From the NCBI GenBank assembly GCA_948436005.1, contig CAOJHI010000001.1:1791-65790 (forward strand): a stretch of 64,000 bases of DNA, written 5' to 3'. This document shows, one piece after another, positions 1 through 9,810 of this stretch. Source of the stretch: an uncultured Lachnospiraceae bacterium (GTDB lineage: Bacteria > Bacillota > Clostridia > Lachnospirales > Lachnospiraceae). The first letter of the stretch is position 1, and every line of letters starts with the position of its first letter. The notes under the pieces are model-generated. The model saw only the letters and a list, made by a program, of their open reading frames with translations, had not been told where the DNA came from and made no database searches. The translations under genes were made by a program, and so were the position numbers.

Positions 1-808
1 TATCCTGCATGTGATGTATCTGTATAATAAGATCAAAGACCATCCGGAGATGGATTTCTACCCGAGAACGTTTATTTTCGGCGCCAAGGCGGCAGCAGGG
101 TATCGCCGTGCAAAGCTGACGATCAAGCTGATCAACAGCGTGGCTGATGTGATTAATAACGATAAGTCTATCAATGGCAAGCTGAAAGTGGTATTTATTG
201 AAGATTACCGTGTATCGAATGCAGAAATGATCTTTGCAGCTGCAGATGTGTCAGAGCAGATCTCAACAGCAAGCAAGGAGGCCTCCGGTACCGGAAATAT
301 GAAATTCATGCTGAACGGCGCTCCGACACTCGGAACCATGGATGGTGCGAATGTGGAGATCGTTGAGGAAGTCGGTATGGAGAATGCGTTTATTTTCGGC
401 CTGTCTGCGGATGAAGTAATCCGTTATGAAAACGAGGGCGGCTACCATCCAACGGATTATTTCAACAACGACCAGGATATCCGCCGTGTGCTGATGCAGC
501 TGATCAACGGCGAATATTCCAGAGATACGGAGATGTTCCGCGATATTTACGATTCACTCCTGAATACGAACAGCAGTGACAAGCCGGACACGTATTTTAT
601 TCTGGCAGATTTCAAATCCTATGCAGCAGCGCAGGAGCGCGTGGAAAAAGCATACCGTGATGAAGCAGGCTGGGCAAAGATGGCAATTCTCAACATGGCA
701 TGCAGTGGGAAGTTTACTTCCGACCGTACGATTCAGCAGTATGTGGATGAAATCTGGCATCTGGCCAAAGTAAAAGTAGAAGTAGATCCGGAGTCGTTTG
801 AAGTTTAA
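1..808 (+). CDS. glgP: glycogen/starch phosphorylase, C-terminal part (truncated by window start)
   Basis: PLP-binding signature EASGTGNMKF, GAPTLGTMDGANVEI and GKFTSDRTIQQY. Confidence 0.93.
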   Translation, partial: ILHVMYLYNKIKDHPEMDFYPRTFIFGAKAAAGYRRAKLTIKLINSVADVINNDKSINGKLKVVFIEDYRVSNAEMIFAAADVSEQISTASKEASGTGNMKFMLNGAPTLGTMDGANVEIVEEVGMENAFIFGLSADEVIRYENEGGYHPTDYFNNDQDIRRVLMQLINGEYSRDTEMFRDIYDSLLNTNSSDKPDTYFILADFKSYAAAQERVEKAYRDEAGWAKMAILNMACSGKFTSDRTIQQYVDEIWHLAKVKVEVDPESFEV

Positions 809-861
809 ACAGATAAATAAAGCGACCTGACAGAGTATTTTTTCAGTACAAAATTTTTTCT

Positions 862-890
862 GTATAAACTGTGCTTTTCTGGCAATCCTA
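862..890 (+). promoter_or_regulatory. candidate sigma-F (forespore) promoter
   Basis: GTATA-N14-GGCAATCCTA upstream of the SpoIIQ-like gene; resembles the sigma-F consensus. Confidence 0.5.
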
Positions 891-930
891 TCATTAAACC
901 GGTGAGGAATCATAATGATGAGGTGAATGA

Positions 931-1924
931 TATGGATAAGAGAGCATTTAAAAACTTTATTACGAAGCGCAGCAGTATCTGGACAATCAGTCTTTGTATG
1001 ACGGGCATTCTGGTGCTCGGCGGTATTGCGGCGGTTAATCAGACACGACAGAAAAGAGACACGCAGCAGGAAACAGAGCTTGATCAGCTGGCGTATCTGG
1101 AAGAAGAAATTGGTCCGACGGATGACATCGAGGATGCATTGTTCCCGACACTGGAGGACAAGATGGCAAAGGATATGGCACAGGAAGCCTCAGCAAATGG
1201 CAAGGCAGATGGAACTGACGATACCCAGGCAGCTTCGGCGGATGGTCAGGCAGACGGTACGCCGGCAGCTTCCGTGAATGGCCAGGATGGTACACAGGCT
1301 GTTTCAGGAGATGGCCAGACAGATGGTACACAGACAGCTTCCGCAGATAGCCAGACAGATGACGCCCAGGCTGTTTCCGCGAGTGGCCAGGCAGACGGTA
1401 CACCGGCAGTTTCAGCAGATGGTCAGGATGGTATGGCAGATTCATCAGCAACAGAGGCATCTTCCAGCCAGATTATTTCAGAGCAGACGCTCATTGCAGA
1501 GGGTATCAGCTTTTCAGATGAAAATGCTCTGATGTGGCCCGCAGCCGGAACGATTTTACTGGACTACAGCATGGATGGAAGCATCTATTTTCCAACTTTG
1601 AATCAGTATAAATATAATCCGGCAATTGTGATTGGCAGTGATACGGGAAATCAGGTTCTGGCAGCTGCAAAGGGAATCGTGGAATCTGTATTTGTAGATG
1701 AAGAGACAGGCAATACGCTGGTTTTGAATATCGGAAACGGGTACAAGCTTACTTACGGTCAGTTGAAAGAGCTGGCGGTCGCACAGGGTGACGTTGTGGC
1801 AGAAGGCTCTCTGCTTGGATATGTCAGCGAGACCACCAAGTATTACAGCCAGGAAGGAAGCAACCTCTACTTTGCAATGACACAGAACGATGTTCCGGTT
1901 GACCCTGTTTTATATCTGGAATAA
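931..1924 (+). CDS. SpoIIQ-like membrane-anchored degenerate M23/LytM protein
   Basis: N-terminal TM helix, low-complexity linker and C-terminal M23 fold (WP..G, VLAAAKGIV, VDPVLYL) lacking the HxxxD and HxH ligands; GAGG RBS before ATG 931. Confidence 0.75.
1201..1440 (+). repeat. degenerate 36-39 bp coding repeats (DGTQAVSADGQ-like)
   Basis: about 6 imperfect copies in the linker of the M23 protein. Confidence 0.7.
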
Positions 1925-2290
1925 GATTCGGACAGAAAATAAATTTTTTCGGCTGTTAACAGAAGAACAGCAAATCCGGGGGATTTTTCTGCACGGATTT
2001 GGGCGCAGGGAGTATAATATATTGTATAGAATCTGCAGCCGGATTTTTACAGGCAGTATTTTGCACCGGCGGCGGCCATTCCGATCAGGATATGGCGCCG
2101 CCGGTTTTGGGCGAGATACACCAGATGGTGCTGATGCCTGTTTCAGTGAAACAGTGAGGAGTGACGATCAGCAGCGTTTTTGCATTGCGCCGGCTGCTTC
2201 AGATACAAGGGGTGGTTTGCGGTTGCTGTATGGCTTCTGCTGGCCATTCCGCTACATAGAGTGGCGGCAATGCAGTCGGGTGGGGAGGAC

Positions 2291-2366
2291 GAACCAGGTT
2301 CCAATACACAAAAACGGGGTTTCAACAGACAAGTCACCCCTTATTTTGTGTATTGGAACCTGGTTC
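2291..2366. repeat. perfect 23-bp inverted repeat (REP/MITE-like hairpin)
   Basis: GAACCAGGTTCCAATACACAAAA at 2291-2313 and its reverse complement at 2344-2366. Confidence 0.85.
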
Positions 2367-2437
2367 TGACTTTGACAGGCGTTTTTGGATTTGAGATGGT
2401 TTAAGTTGTTGTTTGGGAGTGAGGGAGAAGGGATTTT

Positions 2438-2686
2438 ATGAATTATACATATGTGGTAAGATGCAGTGACGGGACGTATTATACGGGGTGGACGAATGAT
2501 TTGGACAAACGGATCCGGGCGCATAATGAGGGGAAGGGAGCGAAGTATACGAGGAGCAGAGGGCCTGTGGAGTTGGTTTATTATGAGGAGTTTGAATCAA
2601 AAGAGGAGGCGATGAGCCGGGAGGTGCGCATTAAACGGCTTACGCGGAAGGAGAAAGAACAGCTGATAGGAGAAGGCATTATTTAA
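2438..2686 (+). CDS. small GIY-YIG nuclease family protein (YazA/UPF0213-like)
   Basis: [21 protein letters not shown]...[10 protein letters not shown]; [10 protein letters not shown]. Confidence 0.9.
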   Translation: MNYTYVVRCSDGTYYTGWTNDLDKRIRAHNEGKGAKYTRSRGPVELVYYEEFESKEEAMSREVRIKRLTRKEKEQLIGEGII

Positions 2687-2757
2687 GATAATAACAGGCA
2701 GACGCATTTTTATATTATACATGCGGCGGCCTGTTATTTTGTTGCGTGGATACTTTT

Positions 2758-3735
2758 TTAGTCCTCCTTTTTTAAGACAGCAGCTATGGCCGCATAAAGG
2801 AGGGCGCCTACGACCCAGACGATCCAGGTGGTGCGCCACTGGCGTTCACGCAGTGTCCATACGAGATAGATGGCAGTGATGATTGGCCAGTAAAAACGGC
2901 TGAATATTTTAACACGGCGGTCTTTGGCCCGCTCTTTCGGGGAGAATTTTCCTTCCTCAAGAAGCAGGTTATAGCTGTCCTGTATGCTGCCGGAAACTGT
3001 AAAAATAAAAACAGCTGTTGCAATGAAAAGCAGCAGAAGAATAACGGTAAAGCTGCCAGCTGCATCGGGCGCATTCATGAATCCGGCAATCAGAATCGGA
3101 ACAGCAGACAGAACGCACAGGGAGATACCGATCACCTGCATGCGGGTATACGTTTTGCGAAAAGATTCCCTTTTTTCCTCTGCAATTCCGGCAACGCCGT
3201 ATTCAAGCTCAAAATCAAAATTTTTGAGATAATGAAAACGTTTCATACGGGATTCGTCAAAAACAGAAACTGCGATTCCGGCTGATACGAGCAGAAGAAG
3301 CAAAATGACTCCAAGTCCTGCACTGAGCTCATCCGATAAAGGAAAAGAAGGCAGTTCCGAAAATCCCATAAGGGCAAGAAGCGGAGACGGACAGAGAATG
3401 AAAAGGGCAGCAGCAAGGCCCAACGATTTTCCGCTTCTTTCTTTACAGGTAAAGTATTCATTTGCCTCCTTCACAGAGACCCTGGGGCCGCGGCAAGTTT
3501 CACGGCTTTCCGAATCCGGGGCGTACTGCATTTCCTCCATGTCATCTTTTAACAGGAAGTCAGTGGTCACATCAAAAATCTGTGCCAGCTCCAGGATTTT
3601 TCCGATATCCGGAATGCTGGCAGCGATCTCCCATTTCGAGACAGACTGCCTTGTTACATTTAATTTTTCAGCCAGTTCCTCCTGAGACCAGCCGTTCTTC
3701 TTTCGAAGGGTAAGTATTTTTTCTGATAAAATCAT
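2758..3735 (-). CDS. XRE-family HTH regulator with C-terminal membrane domain
   Basis: LRKKNGWSQEELAEKLNVTRQSVSKWE followed by several hydrophobic helices. Confidence 0.88.
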   Translation of the reverse strand: MILSEKILTLRKKNGWSQEELAEKLNVTRQSVSKWEIAASIPDIGKILELAQIFDVTTDFLLKDDMEEMQYAPDSESRETCRGPRVSVKEANEYFTCKERSGKSLGLAAALFILCPSPLLALMGFSELPSFPLSDELSAGLGVILLLLLVSAGIAVSVFDESRMKRFHYLKNFDFELEYGVAGIAEEKRESFRKTYTRMQVIGISLCVLSAVPILIAGFMNAPDAAGSFTVILLLLFIATAVFIFTVSGSIQDSYNLLLEEGKFSPKERAKDRRVKIFSRFYWPIITAIYLVWTLRERQWRTTWIVWVVGALLYAAIAAVLKKED

Positions 3736-3842
3736 AAAAGCCTCCTTGGATATAATCGGTAATAATCGTTCAGACGTCTGTTTTCAGGGGTTATCATAGC
3801 ACTTTTAGCGGTTGCGCGCTACCAATCAGAGCAGGAAAATGC

Positions 3843-3857
3843 GCAACTGGCAGTTGC
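3843..3857. promoter_or_regulatory. palindromic candidate operator
   Basis: GCAACTG-G-CAGTTGC between the divergent XRE gene and cassette 1. Confidence 0.4.
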
Positions 3858-3964
3858 AAAGGGGGTAAAAGGGGAAAATGCGGTGTTTTTTCTTGCGTTT
3901 TAAAAGAAGATATTTTATTCTTTTTTAAGAAAACAAAAATCAGCAGAGTTAATGGAGGCCGTAT

Positions 3965-4945
3965 ATGCGTTTGGCAAAATATTGTGTTATTGGGATTACC
4001 GGCGTTCTTTTTGTCTTTTTTCTTTCTGTGTTGCATCCATCTCCTGCGGTTGACGAGTATGCGGGATATGAGCGCCGTTTCACATTTGTCTGTCCTTTAA
4101 AATGGGACTACAGCGCTTATGGAATGGAGGAAGCGGCAAAGAAATATGGAGTCAGTATGAAATATATCCGTTTTGAACGTCTGAATGCAGAAGAGCAGGC
4201 GGAGGCAATTCAGGAAGCAATTTTTGAAAATGTGGATGGAATTATTACTGCAGGTATGGAGGATTCCGATGGGTTGAAAGAGGTGATCAGGGAGGCCAGA
4301 CGTAAGGGGATTCCGCTGGTGCTCATTGATAATGACCTGGAGGACAGCGAGCGGACATGCTATGTCGGATGCGATAATTACCAGGTTGGGGAGCAGGCGG
4401 GCAGCGAGCTTGCAAAAGAGATGGAAGCGCAGGCAAAGATCGGGATTGTCGTTTCAACGCTGGAGGCGCCGAATCAGGCAGAGCGTGTGGAAGGTTTTCA
4501 GAGCGCGCTTCGGTCGTATCCGGGTATGGAGGTTGTGGATATTCAGGAATGTTATTCCAACCGAATGCTTCTTTATGAGAAAGTACCCAAAATGCTGAAG
4601 GAACATCCGGAAATAAATGCGTTATATCTGACAGAGGGAGTTTCATCTGCGTATACCGGAGAAGTTTTGGAAAGCCTGGACGTAGGGAAAGAAGAAATAA
4701 AAATTGTTTTTGTGGACGGAATGGGGGATGTGGACAATGCGATCCGCCGTGAACAATGGTATCTGGCAGGTTTTCAGCAGAATCATTATGCGCAGGGCTA
4801 CGAGGCGGTAGAGACTTTATATCGGTATCTGGAAGGTGAAACAGTTGATGACTGTATTTATACGGACTTTACCATGTATACGAAAGACAATGTTAACGAG
4901 GTACGTGCAGAAGAAGCGGGAGAGATTGTATGGCATCAGTATTAA
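3965..4945 (+). CDS. membrane-anchored sugar-binding-type (type I PBP fold) sensory protein, cassette 1
   Basis: N-terminal TM; VDGIITAG, GIPLVLIDND, YVGCDNY..G, ERVEGF. Confidence 0.85.
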   Translation: MRLAKYCVIGITGVLFVFFLSVLHPSPAVDEYAGYERRFTFVCPLKWDYSAYGMEEAAKKYGVSMKYIRFERLNAEEQAEAIQEAIFENVDGIITAGMEDSDGLKEVIREARRKGIPLVLIDNDLEDSERTCYVGCDNYQVGEQAGSELAKEMEAQAKIGIVVSTLEAPNQAERVEGFQSALRSYPGMEVVDIQECYSNRMLLYEKVPKMLKEHPEINALYLTEGVSSAYTGEVLESLDVGKEEIKIVFVDGMGDVDNAIRREQWYLAGFQQNHYAQGYEAVETLYRYLEGETVDDCIYTDFTMYTKDNVNEVRAEEAGEIVWHQY

Positions 4946-6438
4946 ATCGCAGATCAGATAAGGGGAAGAGCTATTCTATCCAAAAACTTCTTTGTCAGTA
5001 TTTTAAAGAAAATACGGTAATCATTTTGTGCATTTTATTAAGTTGTATATTATCAGTTTCTGTTATTGTAATCGAATACCGCCAAGAGAATGAATCTATG
5101 CTGAAGCTGAATCGTTTCTATGAAGATATGAGAGAAGCGGATGCTTTACTGCTGCACTATGCGTTCAGTGAAGAAAAGGAGGACGGACAGCAGATTCTGG
5201 AAAAAATAGGGGAGATAGCGGAGGCACTGGACGAAGTTTGGGAAATCCCGATCAGCTCCGTTTTTTACCGGGATATTGAGGATATCCGGGAACTATACCG
5301 GAACTATTATGGGAATGCGCAGCTGATCTGCGAATATCGTATGAATGAGGTTGCAATGGCAAAGATCCGGTCTGCTTATGAGAGAGCAGAAAAAATGGCA
5401 GCCTTGATTGACCGGAATTTTCAATCGCTGTATGCACAGATTCTTCATAAAGGCGAGGAAGATGCAGCCCGGCAGCGGGATATACTGGCAGTCTGCATTG
5501 TGCTTTTATTGCTTTGCATAAGCGCAGGGATTATCGGACAGCATTTTATGACGAAAAAGCTGTCACAGAATATTACAGAGCCAATTATACAGCTGACAGA
5601 ATGCATACGTGAAGTGGAACGGAAGGGAATGGAAAATGCGCAGACAATTGCTTTACTTCCCGGGACGAACGATGAGGTACAGATCTTAACTGATGGATAC
5701 AATGCAATGCTTTTCCGGGTGAAACAGCAAATGAAGGACAAAGAAAAATATCTGGAAGCAAAGCTTCATCTTCAGGAAAAAACAGTAGAAAATCTCAAAA
5801 TCAGCAATGAATTGAAAAAGGCCCAATACCATATGCTGCAAATGCAGATCAACCCCCACTTTCTGTTTAATACACTGAACATGATTTCCCAGACAGCGAT
5901 GATGGAAGATATGGCGGAGACGGTGGAGCTGATTCATTGCATGGCTGATTATCTGCGCTATATTCTGGACTTTTCGGACAAATCCGTTTCTTTAAAAAAG
6001 GAACTGGAAATGCTGGGAAATTACGTTTATTTACAGGAAAAGCGCTTCGGGGACAGGATCCGGATCTGTTTTGACCTGGATGAATCCTTTTGTGAGCTGT
6101 CCGTTCCCTGTATGATTTTACAGCCGCTTGTCGAAAACGCGGTGGTGCATGGTGTTGGAATGTATGAACGGGATGCCAGAATTGATATTAGAACAAGACG
6201 GTCAGAAGACGGATGCAGTGGAATTGTGTCCGTCATTGATAACGGTGTCGGGATGGATGCAGGTGTTCTGGAAAGACTGAAAGAGGATATTTTTGGACAA
6301 AAGCCAACAATAGAAAAAATCGGGCTTTCGAATGTCTGGCGACGTCTGAACCTGTTTTTTGGAGACAGAATTTCGATGGATATTTCCAGCAGCAAAGGCA
6401 AAGGCACGGAAATTACAATTGTTTTTTTGCTTGAATAA
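4930..6438 (+). CDS. YesM/LytS-type sensor histidine kinase, cassette 1
   Basis: 2 TM + HAMP; QINPHFLFNTLN, LQPLVENAVVHG, DNGVG, IGLSNV. Confidence 0.92.
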   Translation: MASVLNRRSDKGKSYSIQKLLCQYFKENTVIILCILLSCILSVSVIVIEYRQENESMLKLNRFYEDMREADALLLHYAFSEEKEDGQQILEKIGEIAEALDEVWEIPISSVFYRDIEDIRELYRNYYGNAQLICEYRMNEVAMAKIRSAYERAEKMAALIDRNFQSLYAQILHKGEEDAARQRDILAVCIVLLLLCISAGIIGQHFMTKKLSQNITEPIIQLTECIREVERKGMENAQTIALLPGTNDEVQILTDGYNAMLFRVKQQMKDKEKYLEAKLHLQEKTVENLKISNELKKAQYHMLQMQINPHFLFNTLNMISQTAMMEDMAETVELIHCMADYLRYILDFSDKSVSLKKELEMLGNYVYLQEKRFGDRIRICFDLDESFCELSVPCMILQPLVENAVVHGVGMYERDARIDIRTRRSEDGCSGIVSVIDNGVGMDAGVLERLKEDIFGQKPTIEKIGLSNVWRRLNLFFGDRISMDISSSKGKGTEITIVFLLE

Positions 6439-6450
6439 ATGGAGGAAGCG

Positions 6451-8007
6451 ATGTATCGGGTTTTGATTGCGGATGATGAGAAAATAGAATGTAAGGGATT
6501 GGAGTGGATGCTGCACAGATATTTTCCGGAGCTGCACATACTTCCCTGTGTATACAGCGGTGTCCAGCTGATGAAAGCAATAGAGGAGCTGGAACCGGAT
6601 ATTGTAATTACAGACATTAATATGCCTGGAATGAATGGTCTGGAAGTTCTGGATATTATGAAACTGAAGAAGAAAAAGTTTTCAACAATCCTTTTGTCTG
6701 CTTACAGTGAATTTGAATATGCGCAAAAGGCAGTATATCTGGGTGTATCTAATTATCTGGTCAAACCGGTGCGCCCGGAGGTGTTTGCAGAAGCGGTGAG
6801 AAAGGTTTTGCAGGAACTGCAGGAAAGAGAACAGAATTTTAGGGGAGTGCAGAAAACGGAGCAGATGGAAACTGAAATGCAGAGGCTTATGGAAACTGAA
6901 ATTCTGCAGGGTCTGATTCTGGGAGAAATAAATCCGGACAGGATGGAAAAATTTTTGAAGTCCTCTGAGATCACCTTTCATGGGGGCGTGGTTCTGACCA
7001 TCAGAGAGGAAGGAAACCGATCAGGAGAAGAGAATGGTTCTTATGTAAAATTAGTGGAATACCTGAAAAAGGCCGGGATTTGCATGTATAAAAGATATTG
7101 TGATGACCTTATTGTGTTGTTTTTACCATATGACACGCTGGATTGTGATAATTATAAGGATTGGGTTGGAGATATTTTATATACGGTTTTTGACAGCCTG
7201 GGGCTTAAAAATGTTTTCTGTGGGATAAGCGGCTGGAAAGAAAAGTTGGAAGAACTTACAGATGCGGTAAAAGAGAGCAACGTAGCGCTGTATGCGGCGG
7301 GGACGGATCCCCTTTGTTATTTTGAGCACGATACGGCGCCGGAAGGTATGAGTGAGTTCAGGGAGAGCGAAAAACAGTTTTTAGAGCTGCTATCCCGAAA
7401 AGAGACAGAAAATGCCGTGTGTTTTCTGGAAGAATGGCTGGATGAACTGGAAAAAAAGCATGTACCAGCAGCGGCAGCCCGCCTTTTTGTCGCAGAACTT
7501 TTTATGAGAGGAAAACAGGAAAAGCTTTTACAGGACTGCAGGATACAGGAGGAAAACGGGGGTTATGGAGTTTACTGGAGGGCTGTCTCACTCTGTCAGA
7601 CAATCGAGGAATTGAAAAAATTTGTGAGGCAGGAGGCCGGGCGTCTGGAACAGAGAGAACTTTCAGGGAAAAAAGTATACCATAAATACGTGGAGGCAAG
7701 TCTGCTGTACATGGAGAGCCATTATATGGAAGACCTTTCCCTGGAACAGCTTGCAGAAAAAAACAGCGTTTCTTCCTTTTATCTGAGCAGATTGTTCCGG
7801 CAGGAACTGGGAAGAAGTTTTGTCGAAATACTGACTGATATCCGGATTCGGGAAGCGGTCAGCCTGCTCCGCGGAAGCGATTATAAAGTACAGGAAATTG
7901 GCACAAGGACGGGTTATCAGAATGCCGGGCATTTTTTTAAGGTATTTAAAAAGCATACAGGAATGACACCGGGACAGATGAAAAAATATCTGGCTGCGAT
8001 ATCCTGA
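6451..8007 (+). CDS. YesN-type response regulator (REC + AraC HTH), cassette 1
   Basis: VLIADDE, TDINMPGMNG, YLVKP; C-terminal YLSRLF...FKKHTGMTP; GGAGG RBS before ATG 6451. Confidence 0.92.
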   Translation: MYRVLIADDEKIECKGLEWMLHRYFPELHILPCVYSGVQLMKAIEELEPDIVITDINMPGMNGLEVLDIMKLKKKKFSTILLSAYSEFEYAQKAVYLGVSNYLVKPVRPEVFAEAVRKVLQELQEREQNFRGVQKTEQMETEMQRLMETEILQGLILGEINPDRMEKFLKSSEITFHGGVVLTIREEGNRSGEENGSYVKLVEYLKKAGICMYKRYCDDLIVLFLPYDTLDCDNYKDWVGDILYTVFDSLGLKNVFCGISGWKEKLEELTDAVKESNVALYAAGTDPLCYFEHDTAPEGMSEFRESEKQFLELLSRKETENAVCFLEEWLDELEKKHVPAAAARLFVAELFMRGKQEKLLQDCRIQEENGGYGVYWRAVSLCQTIEELKKFVRQEAGRLEQRELSGKKVYHKYVEASLLYMESHYMEDLSLEQLAEKNSVSSFYLSRLFRQELGRSFVEILTDIRIREAVSLLRGSDYKVQEIGTRTGYQNAGHFFKVFKKHTGMTPGQMKKYLAAIS

Positions 8008-8179
8008 GAAGCGCACTATCCATCTGATGCCAGACCGCAGAAAAACGTACTACAACAAAAAAACAGATTTTTTATTACATATTTTCACAGGTGTTCTGCA
8101 AATATAAGGAGCTTACAGGGAAAAACGGAGGACTTATAATAGAACTGTCAAAAAGAAACTTTCCAGAAGGGAGAACACT

Positions 8180-9448
8180 ATGAGAAAACATGTTAAAAAA
8201 ATTATTGTATCAGGATGTTTTGCTGCTGCGATGCTCAGTATGGGGCTGGCAGCCGGCGCGCAGGAAGAAGAGCTTGTCCCGGGCGTAACGGTTACAGAGG
8301 ATGCAGAGTCCCCGACCGGTTATACCGCAACGTTTGTATATGAGGCAGCAGATGCCAAAAAAGTGACTGTCGCAGGCGCGTTTGCATTTTATAATGATGA
8401 GAAAGAACTCAGGGGCGTGACACCGGAAACATTTTTTAGTCCTTATGAATGGGAAAACGGAATGTTTGAGGCTGGCGACGAAGCATATCAGGAGGAAATG
8501 ACAAAGGTAGACGGAACCGATTACTGGTCCTTGTCACTTCCGCTTCCGAGCGGACATTATCAGTATGTCTTCCATGTGGACGACAGCGAAGAGGGGCTTG
8601 AAGATCCGACGAATCCGATGGAAGCTTCAGGTGTGGAAAATGGAAATAAATACGGAAGAAGTACCTTTGACGTACCGTATGATGCGGAAAAACAGTCAAA
8701 GTCCATTGATTTTTCCTATACAGCCACAAGAACAGACGGACAGGTGGGTACTGTTTCTTATATGAATTATACAGATTGTTTCGGTGATGCAAGACCGCTT
8801 GGCGTATATCTGCCGTATGGCTATGATGCAGAACGTGAAGAGCCATATAAGGTTCTGTATATGTCCCATGGCGGCGGCGGAAATGAAATAGACTGGTTTG
8901 CAGGCGCAAACGTTGACGCTATTTTTGACAACCTGGCTGTTGCCGGCACCGTGGAGCCTACTGTTATTGTTACGTGTGATAATAACCCGTATATGGACGG
9001 ATTCAATGTGTCCGAAAATCTTGTGAAAAACCTGACAGAATGTATTGTACCGTATGTGGAAGAAAACTATAACGTAGCAAAAGACGCATCAGGAAAAGCA
9101 TACTGCGGACTTTCCATGGGCGGTATGATTACATCAAATATTCTGTACAATTGTTCAGACAGTTTTGGATATTTCGGTATCTTCAGTGCAGCGGATACAA
9201 ACCTTGATTTTTCAAAAGCTGAAATGGATCAGGAAAATATGCCGTCTATCTTATTGGGTGGCGGAATTTACGATTTTGGTCTCGTAAAACCGGAAGGCTC
9301 AGAACCGGATCTGACAATCCGCACCTTACAGAAAACCTTTGAGGAGCTTGATATCCCGCATGGATATTCAGAAGCTTATGGTTCTCATGACTGGAATACA
9401 TGGATGCAGTTGATTAAGGTGTTTGCAGAAGAGTATCTGTGGAAATAG
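8180..9448 (+). CDS. secreted alpha/beta-hydrolase esterase (CE1-like) with N-terminal Ig-like/CBM48-like domain, cassette 1
   Basis: signal peptide; VYLPYGY, VLYMSHGGGG, GLSMGG nucleophile elbow, HDW. Confidence 0.85.
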   Translation: MRKHVKKIIVSGCFAAAMLSMGLAAGAQEEELVPGVTVTEDAESPTGYTATFVYEAADAKKVTVAGAFAFYNDEKELRGVTPETFFSPYEWENGMFEAGDEAYQEEMTKVDGTDYWSLSLPLPSGHYQYVFHVDDSEEGLEDPTNPMEASGVENGNKYGRSTFDVPYDAEKQSKSIDFSYTATRTDGQVGTVSYMNYTDCFGDARPLGVYLPYGYDAEREEPYKVLYMSHGGGGNEIDWFAGANVDAIFDNLAVAGTVEPTVIVTCDNNPYMDGFNVSENLVKNLTECIVPYVEENYNVAKDASGKAYCGLSMGGMITSNILYNCSDSFGYFGIFSAADTNLDFSKAEMDQENMPSILLGGGIYDFGLVKPEGSEPDLTIRTLQKTFEELDIPHGYSEAYGSHDWNTWMQLIKVFAEEYLWK

Positions 9449-9521
9449 GATATGATTTTACAAAAATTGGATGTGATTATTTATTAGTTTATCTAACTTT
9501 ATTCATAATAAGAAACTGAAA

Positions 9522-9549
9522 AGAGGGTCAGGCAATTGCCTGGCCCTCT
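9522..9549. terminator. hairpin after esterase 1
   Basis: AGAGGGTCAGGCA/TGCCTGGCCCTCT. Confidence 0.55.
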
Positions 9550-9621
9550 CAGCAATAATACAATAGGCAGCGGCATTTGTTACAATGCTGCTGCCTGTCA
9601 TTCTTAGTATTCAAAAGGAAA

Positions 9622-9810
9622 TTAGGAAATGTTTGTTTTTCTCTGTGTATTGCGGTTTTTTGCGGCTAAACGAAACGCCTTTTCCATTGCAGGAGTAAGT
9701 TCGGGTGAATCTTCATCAAATACAATTTCTTTTTTTGCTGCTTCTTCGATTTGTCTGATTTGTTCCTTTGTGGGTTTCTGGTTTCTATCCAAAGTAACTG
9801 TCCGTATCAT
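9622..9810 (-). CDS. BrnA-like antitoxin (short form)
   Basis: overlaps the 3' end of brnT; IVFDEDSPELT motif; AAAGGAG RBS. Confidence 0.6.
   Translation of the reverse strand: MIRTVTLDRNQKPTKEQIRQIEEAAKKEIVFDEDSPELTPAMEKAFRLAAKNRNTQRKTNIS

Noticed and set aside
2129-2172. Hammerhead ribozyme (CTGATG...GAAAC)
   Set aside because: The core reads CTGATGC, not CTGANGA, and the GAAA is paired in a local hairpin; the three-stem geometry could not be built.
1890-2524. ORFs 1890-2369, 2180-2404, 2143-2337 and 2252-2524
   Set aside because: No RBS or family motifs; they run through inverted repeats and overlap neighbouring genes.
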